Assembly (NCBI GenBank): GCA_039814715.1
Contig: JBCCAR010000004.1
Span: 32,985 to 96,984, forward strand
Length of the DNA: 64,000 nucleotides
Origin: Pseudomonadota bacterium
GTDB taxonomy: Bacteria > Pseudomonadota > Alphaproteobacteria > Sphingomonadales > CAKZYD01
Direction of reading: 5' to 3'
The number at the start of each line of letters is the position of its first letter. The first letter of the stretch is position 1. Shown here piece by piece: positions 10,487 through 20,625 of the stretch. The notes beneath the pieces are model-generated. The model saw only the letters and a list, made by a program, of their open reading frames with translations, was not told the origin of the DNA and did not search any database. The position numbers were made by a program, and so were the translations under genes.

Positions 10487-11578
10487 ATGTCTACTGACAC
10501 CCCGCAACGCAAACGACGCGTCTTGTATCTGGTGCGTTCATTCCCGCAGATTTCACAGACGTACATAAAGACAGAGATCGAACACGTCGCTCGTGATAAT
10601 GAGGTCATGATTTTAAGCCGCAAAGCGGCCAATAAATCCCCCACAAAGTCTCACCCATTTACAATTATCGACACGTTGGAAGACGCGATTGGCCATGCCA
10701 AGGCCTTCAAGCCTGACGTTATTCACGCACACTACGTCAATCAGATGGATTTTGTGGACGCATTGTCAGAAGCAATTGGTGTCCCTTACACCGTTCGTGC
10801 TCATTCTTTCGACGCGATGGCAGCCCGCGCGCCTGGCTTGCAGCAAATCGTGAAGCAAAAATTGTTTCCCAACACACCAAAATTAGATCACGAGGCGACC
10901 GTTCGCAAAGGCATCAAGCTTGCGCGCAAGGACAATTGCTTGGGCGTGCTGACCTTTCCGTTCACGCGCGAGATCTTGTTAGGTGCAGGCGCACCCGGCA
11001 GCAAGTTGATTGATTGCTGGCCAGTCGTGAATATCGAGATTTTTGAAAACCGGGATCAGAACGGCGATGGCGTGATGAATACAGGTGCCGTCATTCCTAA
11101 GAAGAAGATGGAAGACTTTTTAAAGCTTGCCACGCTGATGGATCATAAAATCCCATTTAATCTATATGCCGTGAGCTACGACATTGAGAAACTCCGGGCG
11201 AAAAGCAAGGCGATGGGCGATAGAGTGTCCTTTCACCGACAGCTAGACCCGGAAGACATGCCTGCCGAGTATAAAAAGCACAGTTGGTTGGTTTACACTG
11301 GAGACATTGACAACCCAACGGTCGGTTGGCCCATGGCTGTAGCCGAAGCGCAGGCGGCTGGTGTAGGCGTCGCAATGCCCCGCCTGCGGCCGGATGTGGC
11401 TGAATTTGTAGGACACGGTGCAGGCGTTCTCTATGATGATGTGTCTGAGCTCCCCGACATTCTGGCTAAAGCGCCACCTGAAGACATGCGTGAACGCGGG
11501 TTTCAGCAAGCAAAGAAGTCAGACATTCGCGGCCATCTCCACCTGCTGACAGACCTGTGGCCAAAAATTGCAGCCTGA
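10487..11578 (+). CDS. Glycosyltransferase (GT4-like, GT-B fold)
   Basis: FPQISQTYIKTEI, IHAHY, GWPMAVAEAQAAGVGV motifs. Confidence 0.7.
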   Translation: MSTDTPQRKRRVLYLVRSFPQISQTYIKTEIEHVARDNEVMILSRKAANKSPTKSHPFTIIDTLEDAIGHAKAFKPDVIHAHYVNQMDFVDALSEAIGVPYTVRAHSFDAMAARAPGLQQIVKQKLFPNTPKLDHEATVRKGIKLARKDNCLGVLTFPFTREILLGAGAPGSKLIDCWPVVNIEIFENRDQNGDGVMNTGAVIPKKKMEDFLKLATLMDHKIPFNLYAVSYDIEKLRAKSKAMGDRVSFHRQLDPEDMPAEYKKHSWLVYTGDIDNPTVGWPMAVAEAQAAGVGVAMPRLRPDVAEFVGHGAGVLYDDVSELPDILAKAPPEDMRERGFQQAKKSDIRGHLHLLTDLWPKIAA

Positions 11579-11590
11579 CCATCAGCGCAT

Positions 11591-11630
11591 AAAAAAGCCG
11601 GACCTTCTTAAAGAACGCCCGGCTAATTTC
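11591..11630. terminator. Probable bidirectional terminator
   Basis: A6-GCCGG..TTCT-taa-AGAA..CCGGCT stem between convergent genes. Confidence 0.6.
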
Positions 11631-11645
11631 TGCTTTAAGGGAGCG

Positions 11646-12092
11646 CTAGACCTTCGCGCCGCCCCAAAGCACGGAATAGGCCTCGCAATGGACGAGGACG
11701 CTGCCAAAATCAGCAAGGTTGATGCCCGCGGGGATTTCATACTCCTGGCCACCCTTGGTGGTTTTTAGCTCCCCGAGCTTGATGGCGCCTTTCACAGCGT
11801 TACGGCCAGTGGCTTGCTTGACACTATGAGGGGATAGAAAGACCTTCAGGTCTGGCCCTGAGCGCGCCTTGAAGTTGTCTGAAAAGACAACGAACTGTTT
11901 GTCGCCGCGCTGCACGATGCTGACATCGCCGCGGATCGATTTGGATTTTTTCACAAATTTCGCTGGTGCTTGCACAGCCTCGGCGTGGGCCGCGCTATCG
12001 TGCATTTTTTCTGCTTGGGCCATGGGGACCATGAAGCAGGACAGGGCAACGGAGACGGCGGTGGACATTGCGATTTCGCGAATGAGAGACAT
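11646..12092 (-). CDS. DM13 domain secreted protein
   Basis: Signal peptide; GPDLKVFLS, LGELK..KGGQEYEIP, VLVHCEAYSVLWG motifs. Confidence 0.85.
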   Translation of the reverse strand: MSLIREIAMSTAVSVALSCFMVPMAQAEKMHDSAAHAEAVQAPAKFVKKSKSIRGDVSIVQRGDKQFVVFSDNFKARSGPDLKVFLSPHSVKQATGRNAVKGAIKLGELKTTKGGQEYEIPAGINLADFGSVLVHCEAYSVLWGGAKV

Positions 12093-12312
12093 ACATAAAT
12101 TCCTTTTGCTGTTTTTTGCGTTGTATTCGTCGATGAACACAGGATTAGCAGAACCCGCCGCCAAAACGCCAAACACGACTTATCACAGAGAAGTGCACGT
12201 CCGGTGACGCAGTGATCACATCCCTGTGAAGCAGGGGTGACAGGCGCTGGCAGTGCGGTCATGCTGCCACTTTGGAATGCTGTATATCACACGCCATCTA
12301 TTGAGAGGCCCC

Positions 12313-13752
12313 ATGTATCCGCCTGAGAAGAACCGCAAGCCTGCCCTCTCACCACAAGCCATTGAAACTTGGCCGGCCGCAAGCTTGCCGCCGCAAGGAG
12401 AAGACAAAAAGGCGCGGCTCGCTAATGCGCTAAAAGAGCATGGGTGGATGGTGCCGGGGCAAACAGCAGGCGTGCACTGGGCCATCGGCTGCGTCGCCCT
12501 TGAGATCACGCAGCGCTGCAACTTAGACTGCACGCTCTGCTACCTGTCCGACCTATCAGAAGCGGTGAAAGACCTGCCGCTAGAAGAGGTCTTCAGGCGT
12601 ATTGATTTGATCCACGCGCATTATGGCGACGGGACAAACGTACAAGTCACTGGCGGCGACCCGACCTTGCGTAATCCAAAAGAGCTTGAAGCAATCGTGG
12701 CGCGGATTGCAGCCAAGAACATGCGCCCTGCCCTCTTCACCAACGGTATTAAAGCCACCCGGTCACTGCTCATGCAGCTGCGTGGCGCAGGCCTAAAAGA
12801 TGTCGCCTTCCATATTGATATGACCCAGCAACGCAAAGGCTATGAAAGCGAAAGCGCACTCAACACTCTGCGCGAAGCCTATATCACCCGTGCAGACGGC
12901 CTTGGCCTTCACATCCTCTTCAATACGACTGTGTTTGACGGGAATGTTGAAGACGTGCCCATGCTGGCGCGCTTTTTTGCCCAGCGCGCGCATCAAGTGC
13001 ACTTGGCAAGTTTTCAAATGCAGGCTGACACGGGCCGCGGCGTCTTGCGCCAAAGGGGCAAGGCCATCACACAGGACCGCATCATTCAGGCTATTTCAGA
13101 CGGTGCAAACCATAACCTAAGCTTTGATAGCCCAGTCGTTGGCCATAGCGAGTGCAATCGCTACGCTGGCCTCATTGCCAGCGGCGGTCTCACCGCGCCT
13201 ATTTTTGATGATGATACCCTGTTCGCCGATCTTTTTGCAGCCGGAGCCAGTGTTCAATTTGATCGGTACAAACCACTCACCTCCATACTCGCCGGTACAA
13301 AACTCTTCGCTCAAAATATACCCCTGACCTGGCGCGCATTGCGCTATGCCATGCGTAAGGCTTGGGCTTTGAAACGTGGCCTTTTGCGCAGCGGCGGGCG
13401 GCTGCACAAGCTCACCTTTTATATCCACAATTTCATGGACGCGCAGCAGCTGGATAAAGAGCGCTGCGAGACTTGCATCTTCATGACGATGACCCGCGAT
13501 GGCCCTATCTCCATGTGCGTGCACAATGCCAAACGCGATAGCTTTTTGAGCCAGGAGATTAAGACCGCAGCTGGTCGTTGGAGCCCGCGAGAGGAAGCGC
13601 GCTCCGCCCAGCCGATCAAGAGGTTGAAGGGCCGACGCCGAGCGGCTTTTTTACAAGATCAAAGCGCGCTGCTTCCACGCCATGGCAAGGCCAGCCAGCA
13701 CCATGAAAGCTATGGTGATATAGCGAAAGCGCGTGTCCGACATTCCCGCTAA
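12313..13752 (+). CDS. Radical SAM protein, function unknown
   Basis: EITQRCNLDCTLCY (CxxxCxxC), TGGDPT, FTNG; extra C-terminal Cys (RCETC...SMC). Confidence 0.88.
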   Translation: MYPPEKNRKPALSPQAIETWPAASLPPQGEDKKARLANALKEHGWMVPGQTAGVHWAIGCVALEITQRCNLDCTLCYLSDLSEAVKDLPLEEVFRRIDLIHAHYGDGTNVQVTGGDPTLRNPKELEAIVARIAAKNMRPALFTNGIKATRSLLMQLRGAGLKDVAFHIDMTQQRKGYESESALNTLREAYITRADGLGLHILFNTTVFDGNVEDVPMLARFFAQRAHQVHLASFQMQADTGRGVLRQRGKAITQDRIIQAISDGANHNLSFDSPVVGHSECNRYAGLIASGGLTAPIFDDDTLFADLFAAGASVQFDRYKPLTSILAGTKLFAQNIPLTWRALRYAMRKAWALKRGLLRSGGRLHKLTFYIHNFMDAQQLDKERCETCIFMTMTRDGPISMCVHNAKRDSFLSQEIKTAAGRWSPREEARSAQPIKRLKGRRRAAFLQDQSALLPRHGKASQHHESYGDIAKARVRHSR

Positions 13753-14385
13753 AATCCGCCGTGACAGACCGTTTGATAGCGACGCGCCGATACCAACAAC
13801 CAGCCCGGCTATTGCATATTCTGGTGACAAGACGCCAAAGGCGAAATAGCTGATCAGCTTCGTCAATTGCATGGGCAGTGAAATCGCCGTCTTGGTGCCA
13901 ACCATGCGCTCTTTTAAAATGCCGGCATTCAAAAACAGGACGTTCATGACCGGGCCAATCGCGCCCATGACGGCGCTGAGACCAGCGACACAGAAGTAAA
14001 CCGGCGCAAAAAACCATGGCCTCACCTCCAACCGCGTATGTGACTGGCCGAAATACTCCTGTACCACGGTTGAAATCAAAAATAGGCCAAGAGCAAGCTG
14101 CAGCCAATCTACGGGCAGAACAGAGAAAAGAAAGCCGCCAAGTGCGGCGCCTGCGATAGCACCAGGCAGCGCCCAGCGTACGATGCGCCAATCAATATGC
14201 GCGCGGAATATAGCAAAGCGCCCCAGGCTGCCGACGACCATAGCAACTGTCACAACAGGCGCCACCGCCTGCGCGCCCATAACGAAAGAGATGACCGGCA
14301 CCAGCGTCATAGCTCCGCCGCCGCCAGACAAGGTGGAGATGGTCCAGGTCACAAACCCAGCGACAAACAGCGCGGCATAGAGCAT
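13651..14385 (-). CDS. TauE/SafE (TSUP) family membrane transporter
   Basis: SGGGGAMTLVP, repeated Gly-rich TM helices, GAIGP motif. Confidence 0.85.
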   Translation of the reverse strand: MLYAALFVAGFVTWTISTLSGGGGAMTLVPVISFVMGAQAVAPVVTVAMVVGSLGRFAIFRAHIDWRIVRWALPGAIAGAALGGFLFSVLPVDWLQLALGLFLISTVVQEYFGQSHTRLEVRPWFFAPVYFCVAGLSAVMGAIGPVMNVLFLNAGILKERMVGTKTAISLPMQLTKLISYFAFGVLSPEYAIAGLVVGIGASLSNGLSRRILAGMSDTRFRYITIAFMVLAGLAMAWKQRALIL

Positions 14386-14402
14386 CGCGCCGCTCTAGAG
14401 CC

Positions 14403-15713
14403 TTAGAAGGCCCGGGTAAAGCCCAACTCGCCGCGGTGGCGGCTGTAGCGGTAGAGCTCAATGGAGGAGATATTGCGAGCGTAGATATAGCGGAAAACCG
14501 GCGCAAAGCCGAAAAGGGCCCAATCGCGCTTGGTCAACGCAAAAGCTGCGCGCGTAAACAGGTCCTTGCGGCGGCGGCCAAAAATACTGGGCACATCCCG
14601 GTAAAGAGCGGGGCGAATATCGGCTTGCAGCGAGAACGTGACACCCTTGGAAAATTCCCGGCCAATGCCGCCACGAAAGCCCAATGCTTGATATTCAAAG
14701 AATGTGTCGCGCGCGGTATTGAACGTGTAGGTGAGGCCAGCGTTTGCGAATACCGCGCTAGATAACGCGCGCGTCAAACGGGCGCCCAGCTGATAAGACT
14801 GACCATCTAACGCGTTAAACCGGTAGTCCGCATGGCGCACGCTAGCGAAATAAAGACCGGTCATCTTAGCGCTTAGGCGCTGGCGCAAACTCAGGCGTAA
14901 ACCCCCGCCAGCATTAAAGCGTTGCTGGCCGAACCAGCGCGAGAAAACGCTTGGTTCTATGCGAATAACGCCAAAGGAGCGCAGTAGGTCCACGGATGGC
15001 GCGAATTCAATGCTGGCGTCATCAAAGGCCGAGCGGCGGTAGGCCACATAATTGCCCCTTACCAACGCATTGAGCTGGGTTTTATCGCGGAGCCTATGCG
15101 CAAAGCCAAGACTTCCGCCAAGCGCCAGGCCAAATTGCGATTGCGCGCGCGCTTCATCCGAGAGTTCAAAAGGCAGGCCAAAGAGCTCGACCGTGTCAGA
15201 TGCAGGCGCTGCATTTGCATTGCTATCAGGCACAATGCTGACATTTAGAGACGCGCTCCACCCGCGGCGGGTTTGTATTTCGCGCAGAAAGGCTCTCACG
15301 TTATCGCTCACTGGGCCGGGCGGTGCCTGCGACAAGGCCAAGTCAAAATGATACCGCGCAGCGGTAAACTGCTGCGTTTCAAACAACAACCGACCAAGCT
15401 CAAGCCGAACGCGGGTCAAATCCGGGTAGTCGACCAGAATACCGCGCAGCAGAGCAATTGCCTCCTTAGGCAAAAACAGCTTTTCAGCAGCAAGTGCTAA
15501 TAAAAATTGGCGTTCAATCGCATTGGCACCAGCTGGTTGAAGCTGCGAAAGGATGGACTGAGCTGCGCGCGGCTGGCCGCTATCGATGAGGGTTTTAGCC
15601 AAGGCGAGCAACTGCTGCGTCGACACATCTTGCGCTAAGACGGTGCCATCTTGCGCAGCTGAGCTACCGGCATTGCTAACAGATAACAGCAAAGCGGCAA
15701 ACAGAGAGCGCAA
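14403..15713 (-). CDS. Slam/DUF560 surface-lipoprotein assembly modifier (T11SS outer-membrane translocon)
   Basis: Signal peptide, TPR region (RVRLELGRLLF), DSNANAAP barrel start, C-terminal ..GFTRAF; adjacent to a TbpB-like lipoprotein. Confidence 0.8.
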   Translation of the reverse strand: MRSLFAALLLSVSNAGSSAAQDGTVLAQDVSTQQLLALAKTLIDSGQPRAAQSILSQLQPAGANAIERQFLLALAAEKLFLPKEAIALLRGILVDYPDLTRVRLELGRLLFETQQFTAARYHFDLALSQAPPGPVSDNVRAFLREIQTRRGWSASLNVSIVPDSNANAAPASDTVELFGLPFELSDEARAQSQFGLALGGSLGFAHRLRDKTQLNALVRGNYVAYRRSAFDDASIEFAPSVDLLRSFGVIRIEPSVFSRWFGQQRFNAGGGLRLSLRQRLSAKMTGLYFASVRHADYRFNALDGQSYQLGARLTRALSSAVFANAGLTYTFNTARDTFFEYQALGFRGGIGREFSKGVTFSLQADIRPALYRDVPSIFGRRRKDLFTRAAFALTKRDWALFGFAPVFRYIYARNISSIELYRYSRHRGELGFTRAF

Positions 15714-15718
15714 ACACC

Positions 15719-16630
15719 TCAGTTGCTGCTACCCACAAACACACCGACCGCTTGGCCAAACCCGGTCAAGCGAAATGTGCCGCCGATCTCGACCGCGTCC
15801 GGCCCGAAAAACGCGCCATCGAAAAAGCCGGTATTGGTCGCCGACACACGGTTTTGAAGCGTGCCTGAAAACTCATTTTGGCCGCTAGAGATGGTTCCAA
15901 CTGCGTCGAAAATACCAAAGGGTCGGATATTCGTCGATGTGATGGACTCGCCAACCATGTCGAACGTTCCGTTAATACGGTCGTTGGGGAAATCGGCGGT
16001 AAAACTGACGGTGCCCCCCAACACACGCAGGCCGTCTCCAGGGTTCCAAAAGCCATCAACAATGCCGTTGTAGGTAATCGGGCCAGTGACTGGAATGTCG
16101 TTCGCGGCCGTGCGAATCCCATATGTGAAGAAGGCCGTTTCAAACCGGACGGATGAGCCCTGATCGCGAACATCTTGCCAAGCGCCATAGCCAACAAAGC
16201 TAAGCGGCGTTATGGGGTTATTGGGCGTTAAAAGGCCAAGCAACTGGTCGCCGCGCGCATATGCCGTAAACGTTTGATCCGACAATGCAGCATCAATATC
16301 GGATGGACGAAATGTCTCTGTCCGGGACAGCCCCCCTTGGTTAATGCGCACCGTGTAGCTATCGTTTGAGGCATTGTATTGCAGCTCAACTTGAGACCCG
16401 AAACCCGACTGGGCTGTGTTGAAACTCAGCGGTGCGCCTGTTCCAACCGCCAAATCACCAACGATTGTGCCAGAGGTCGTCTGAAACGTCTGGGAGACGG
16501 CCAGGTTATCGAGCGATTGATTCTGAGTAGGTTGACCAGGCAGTGGATTGCCGCCGAAGGAATTATCGCCAGAGCCACCGCAGCCCGCCAGCAGGACACA
16601 GGCCGCAGCCATTCCAGCAACAGGCTTCAT
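15719..16630 (-). CDS. Transferrin-binding-protein-like (TbpB barrel) surface lipoprotein, Slam cargo
   Basis: Lipobox LAGC-GGSG, low-complexity linker, C-terminal GAFFGPDAVEIGGTF...VGVFVG signature. Confidence 0.85.
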   Translation of the reverse strand: MKPVAGMAAACVLLAGCGGSGDNSFGGNPLPGQPTQNQSLDNLAVSQTFQTTSGTIVGDLAVGTGAPLSFNTAQSGFGSQVELQYNASNDSYTVRINQGGLSRTETFRPSDIDAALSDQTFTAYARGDQLLGLLTPNNPITPLSFVGYGAWQDVRDQGSSVRFETAFFTYGIRTAANDIPVTGPITYNGIVDGFWNPGDGLRVLGGTVSFTADFPNDRINGTFDMVGESITSTNIRPFGIFDAVGTISSGQNEFSGTLQNRVSATNTGFFDGAFFGPDAVEIGGTFRLTGFGQAVGVFVGSSN

Positions 16631-16760
16631 TTTTAAACACACAGTCATAAAACAGTCTCACCAAACCGCCGCAGCGCTTTATTTAAACATGGAATTTAAA
16701 CATAAAAACAAGGCTAATGTTGATAGAATAAATAGCATAAATGTGCCTGGGCGCGGCCCA

Positions 16761-17714
16761 CTAAGCGTGTTTTTGATGGCCACGCACCCGGCCTACAACG
16801 CTCAAGATACCAACCAAAACCAAGCCTACGGCCAGCCCCACAACGGCATCTAAGAACGCAACCACAACCCAATTTAAGACGCCAGTAGCGACACCGACCG
16901 TATCAGCAGCGCCCTTCGCGGCGCCCTTGATCGCTTCTTCAGGCATGTGCCAACCAAGCTCGTGCACGCCATGGACTAAAATATTGCCGCCAACCCAAAG
17001 CATTGCAGCTGTGCCGATGATTGTGAGCCAATACAGTACATACGGCACCACATGAACCATGCCGCGGCCAAAGGCTCTGGTAGCTGCAAGGCGGCCTTTT
17101 TGGCTCATCAGCAGGCCCCAATCATCCGCCTTCACAATGACCGCAACAGCCCCGTACACCCCAATCGTGATGAGAATGCCAACCGCAGCTAAGATAAGCG
17201 CCTCTTCCCACCACACATTGGTTTCAATAGCTGCTAACGAGATCGCCATGATTTCAGCAGACAAAATGAAATCGGTCTTGATGGCGCCCTTTACCTTTTC
17301 TTTCTCCAGGTGAGCAGCGTCCACAATCTTCGCCGGCGTATCCTGCTCTTCTTCATCGCGGGAAGATAGCGCATGGACAATCTTTTCCGCTCCCTCAAAA
17401 CACAGATAGCACCCGCCCATCATCAGCAGCGGCGTGAGCAGCCACGGCGCGAAGGCATTGAGCAGCAAACAAACTGGCAGCAAAATGACCAACTTATTGA
17501 CCATCGAGCCCTTGCCGATGGAATAGACAATGGGGAGTTCACGCGCCGCTGGCAGGCCGACCACATATTTCGGCGTGACCGCAGCATCATCGATCACCAC
17601 ACCTGCGGCTTTTGAGCCAGCTTTCGCCGCCTGCGCGCCAATATCATCCAGTTGCGCAGCTGCTAGTTTGGCAATAGCCGCCACGTCATCCAGCAGCGCT
17701 AACAATCCACTCAC
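16761..17714 (-). CDS. DUF808/YedI family inner-membrane protein
   Basis: [36 protein letters not shown] motifs; GTG start inferred. Confidence 0.9.
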   Translation of the reverse strand: MSGLLALLDDVAAIAKLAAAQLDDIGAQAAKAGSKAAGVVIDDAAVTPKYVVGLPAARELPIVYSIGKGSMVNKLVILLPVCLLLNAFAPWLLTPLLMMGGCYLCFEGAEKIVHALSSRDEEEQDTPAKIVDAAHLEKEKVKGAIKTDFILSAEIMAISLAAIETNVWWEEALILAAVGILITIGVYGAVAVIVKADDWGLLMSQKGRLAATRAFGRGMVHVVPYVLYWLTIIGTAAMLWVGGNILVHGVHELGWHMPEEAIKGAAKGAADTVGVATGVLNWVVVAFLDAVVGLAVGLVLVGILSVVGRVRGHQKHA

Positions 17715-17808
17715 AAGCGTCCTCGGTTTTGTCCTATGGCTTTCATGTGCTTGCTTTGATATAGCGCCCGCAGCAAGGTTGCTAGGCTTTAGCGAAGAAA
17801 GATATCCC

Positions 17809-18405
17809 ATGCGCACAGCCAGCGTTGAGCGACGCACGAAAGAAACGCAAATCTCCGCCACCGTCAATGTTGATGGAACGGGTGAGTATGAGATTGAGAC
17901 CGGCATCGTCTTTTTCGATCACATGCTGGAACAGCTTTCACGGCACGGCCTCATGGACATTGCGCTCAAAGCAGAAGGCGACTTGCATATTGATTTTCAC
18001 CACACTGTGGAAGACACGGGCTATGTGGTTGGCGAAGCCATTGCCAAAGCGCTTGGCGACCGGCGCGGCATCACACGCTATGGACACGCCTACATCCCCA
18101 TGGATGAAACACTGAGCCGCGTCAGCCTGGATATCTCCGGGCGCCCCTATCTGGTGTGGAATGTGGACTTCACCACAGACAAGCTCGGCGATTTTGATAC
18201 CGAGCTTTTCAAAGAGTTCTTCCAAGCCTTCGCGCAAGCGGCAGGCATCACACTGCATGTGGAAACGCTTTATTGCACCAACAATCACCACCGAATTGAG
18301 AGCTGCTTTAAGGGCCTGGCCCGCGCACTAAAAGCCGCTATGGCGATTGATCCGCGCGCGAGCGGCGACGTGCCCTCAACCAAAGGGTCACTTGGCGGTC
18401 AATAG
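17809..18405 (+). CDS. hisB: Imidazoleglycerol-phosphate dehydratase
   Basis: [33 protein letters not shown] motifs. Confidence 0.96.
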   Translation: MRTASVERRTKETQISATVNVDGTGEYEIETGIVFFDHMLEQLSRHGLMDIALKAEGDLHIDFHHTVEDTGYVVGEAIAKALGDRRGITRYGHAYIPMDETLSRVSLDISGRPYLVWNVDFTTDKLGDFDTELFKEFFQAFAQAAGITLHVETLYCTNNHHRIESCFKGLARALKAAMAIDPRASGDVPSTKGSLGGQ

Positions 18406-18409
18406 GGAC

Positions 18410-19051
18410 ATGAACACCGTCGCCTTAATTGACTATGGGTCAGGCAACTTACATTCAGCGGCCAAATCCATTGAGCGCGCGGCGCGTGAGCGCGGCGTCG
18501 CGATCAAACTTCAGGTTACGCGTGATCCAGCCGTTGTAAAGCGCGCAGACCGGATTGTACTGCCCGGCGTTGGCGCGTTTGGCGATTGCATGGCGGGCCT
18601 GAATGCGGTTGAGGGGATGGTGGAGGCCATCACCCAGCGTGCGCGCCGCGATGCGGTCCCCTTTCTCGGCATTTGTGTGGGCATGCAGCTCATGGCAAAG
18701 ACGGGTGAGGAGCACGGCACGCACGCTGGCCTCGGCTGGATTGACGGCAGCGTAAAGGCCCTCACGCCAAGCGATCCGGGCCTTAAGATCCCGCACATGG
18801 GATGGAACGCACTGAGTCACATTGCGCCGCACCCGGTGCTGTCAGACATCACCGTCGGCGACCATCTTTATTTTGTCCACAGCTTTCACATGGTCTGCCC
18901 CGGCGATAGGATTTGTGCGGAAGTGGACTACGGAGGGCCTGTAACTGCTTGTATTCAAACGCAATCCTGTTTTGGCACACAGTTCCATCCCGAAAAGTCT
19001 CAAAAAGTAGGGTTGCGGCTTCTTGGAAACTTTCTTATTTGGACCGCATGA
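18410..19051 (+). CDS. hisH: Imidazole glycerol phosphate synthase, glutaminase subunit
   Basis: IDYGSGNL, PGVGAF, GICVGMQ, PHMGWN, QFHPEKS. Confidence 0.96.
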   Translation: MNTVALIDYGSGNLHSAAKSIERAARERGVAIKLQVTRDPAVVKRADRIVLPGVGAFGDCMAGLNAVEGMVEAITQRARRDAVPFLGICVGMQLMAKTGEEHGTHAGLGWIDGSVKALTPSDPGLKIPHMGWNALSHIAPHPVLSDITVGDHLYFVHSFHMVCPGDRICAEVDYGGPVTACIQTQSCFGTQFHPEKSQKVGLRLLGNFLIWTA

Positions 19052-19632
19052 GTCAACACCCCCCAACAAAATTACGATCAGACTTGTCGGTCGACCATGT
19101 CACGCGCCTTGAAGAAATTGACTTGGACGCGCTCGTGGCCGCAACGCTCGAAACCATTGAAGAAGGCAGCCAATCAAGCTGGCGCGGCAAACCAAACCAG
19201 GAGCGCTTGCGGGCGTTTTGGACGGGTGTCGCCTTGTCGCCCACGCGCCGCCTCGTTCTGGCAAGGCTCGGCGGCAAACCCGTTGGCGCTGTCCAAATTG
19301 TGCAAGCGGGCCTCTTGTCTGAAATTGGACCAGAGATTGCAACGCTTGATAACTTCTTTTTGATGCCCTCCGCCCGCGGCCATGGACTGGCCCGGCGCTT
19401 AATCCGCTACGCTGAAGACGTGGCCCACTCGTTTGGTATCATAAGCCTAGACTTAGTGATCCGCGAAGACCGCACCGACGCAGCAAAGATGCTCAGCGAT
19501 ATGGGCTACACGCAGTGGGCGCGCAAACAGACCTTTCGCCATGTTGAAGATGGCTTTCAGGCAGGGCTCTATTTTACAAAGCTCATTGATGAAACAGCCG
19601 CAGGTAGTTTGGAGCGCCAAGACGTCGCGTGA
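19048..19632 (+). CDS. GNAT acetyltransferase within his operon
   Basis: PSARGHGLARRLI acetyl-CoA motif; 4-nt overlaps with hisH and hisA. Confidence 0.75.
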   Translation: MSQHPPTKLRSDLSVDHVTRLEEIDLDALVAATLETIEEGSQSSWRGKPNQERLRAFWTGVALSPTRRLVLARLGGKPVGAVQIVQAGLLSEIGPEIATLDNFFLMPSARGHGLARRLIRYAEDVAHSFGIISLDLVIREDRTDAAKMLSDMGYTQWARKQTFRHVEDGFQAGLYFTKLIDETAAGSLERQDVA

Positions 19633-20357
19633 TCATCTTCCCTGCGATTGACTTAAAAGATGGCCAATGCGTTCGCCTTTTCAAAGGTGAAATGGACCAA
19701 GCCACAATCTTTAATGATGATCCAGCCGACCAAGCATCACGCTTTGCAGCGGCTGGCGCGCAGTGGCTTCACATGGTTGACCTCAATGGCGCCTTTGAAG
19801 GCAAAGCGGTCAATGCGGAAGCAGTCTCGGCTGTGCTCAAAAGCACAACTTTGAAGGTTCAGCTGGGCGGCGGCATCCGCACCCGCGCGGACATTGACGG
19901 CTGGCTAGAAGCGGGCGTGAGCCGGGTTGTCATGGGGACAGCAGCTTTAAAGAACCCCGTGCTTGTCCAAACCGCTGCGAAAGCAAATCCAGGCACCATC
20001 GTTGTTGCCGTTGACGCACGCGGCGGCATGGTCTCTGTAGAAGGCTGGGCTGAAACCTCCGACATGCCCGTCGCTGAGCTGGCGCGGCGCTTTGAAGATG
20101 TGGGCGTGGCTTCCGTTTTGTTTACAGATGTTGACCGCGATGGCGCGCTAGAGGGCGTAAACGTGGCCGCGACTGCCAAGCTTGCGCGGTCTACATCCGT
20201 CCCCGTCATCGCCTCTGGCGGTGTCTCGGGCCTTGCAGACATAATGGCCTTAAAGGCGGCCGATACTGGCTGCGGCACCATCGAAGGCGTTATCTGTGGG
20301 CGCAGCCTTTATGATGGACGGCTTGATCTCAAGGAAGCGCTGGCGCTAGCGCGCTAG
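19629..20357 (+). CDS. hisA: ProFAR isomerase
   Basis: IFPAIDLKDGQCVRL, QLGGGIR, TDVDRDG, ASGGV. Confidence 0.96.
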   Translation: MIIFPAIDLKDGQCVRLFKGEMDQATIFNDDPADQASRFAAAGAQWLHMVDLNGAFEGKAVNAEAVSAVLKSTTLKVQLGGGIRTRADIDGWLEAGVSRVVMGTAALKNPVLVQTAAKANPGTIVVAVDARGGMVSVEGWAETSDMPVAELARRFEDVGVASVLFTDVDRDGALEGVNVAATAKLARSTSVPVIASGGVSGLADIMALKAADTGCGTIEGVICGRSLYDGRLDLKEALALAR

Positions 20358-20603
20358 GACAAACGTCGCAACTGCCTCCAGCCACGTTTCGGTCGCTTCA
20401 TCAACGATATCGACCCCGCCACCTTCTAGAGCATACGCAAAATCAGGCCTTAACTGCCGCTGCGACAGGAGAGCTTGGTGCAGCACTAGCAGTGGCACGC
20501 GTTCGCTTTCCGACCGGTAATGGATTTGGCCGAAGGGACCGTCAATGTAGGCACGCGCTATCGTCTCTCTCCTGGCCAAATACTTTGCGCTTTGCGCTGT
20601 CAC
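20346..20603 (-). pseudogene. Remnant of an alpha/beta hydrolase (N- and C-terminal pieces joined)
   Basis: [16 protein letters not shown]...PLLVLHQ followed directly by GG.VDIVDE..E.W...V..F, with the catalytic core absent. Confidence 0.55.
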
Positions 20604-20625
20604 ATCGCTAGGCTATAGCGATGCC

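Noticed and set aside
16682-16700. Irr/ICE iron box upstream of the TbpB-like gene
   Set aside because: TTTAAAC-N5-ATTTAAA does not fit TTTRGAA-N3-TTCYAAA in sequence or spacing
17530-17906. Long divergent overlap between DUF808 and hisB ORFs in the track
   Set aside because: Artefact of longest-ORF calling; real starts are about 17714 (-) and 17809 (+)
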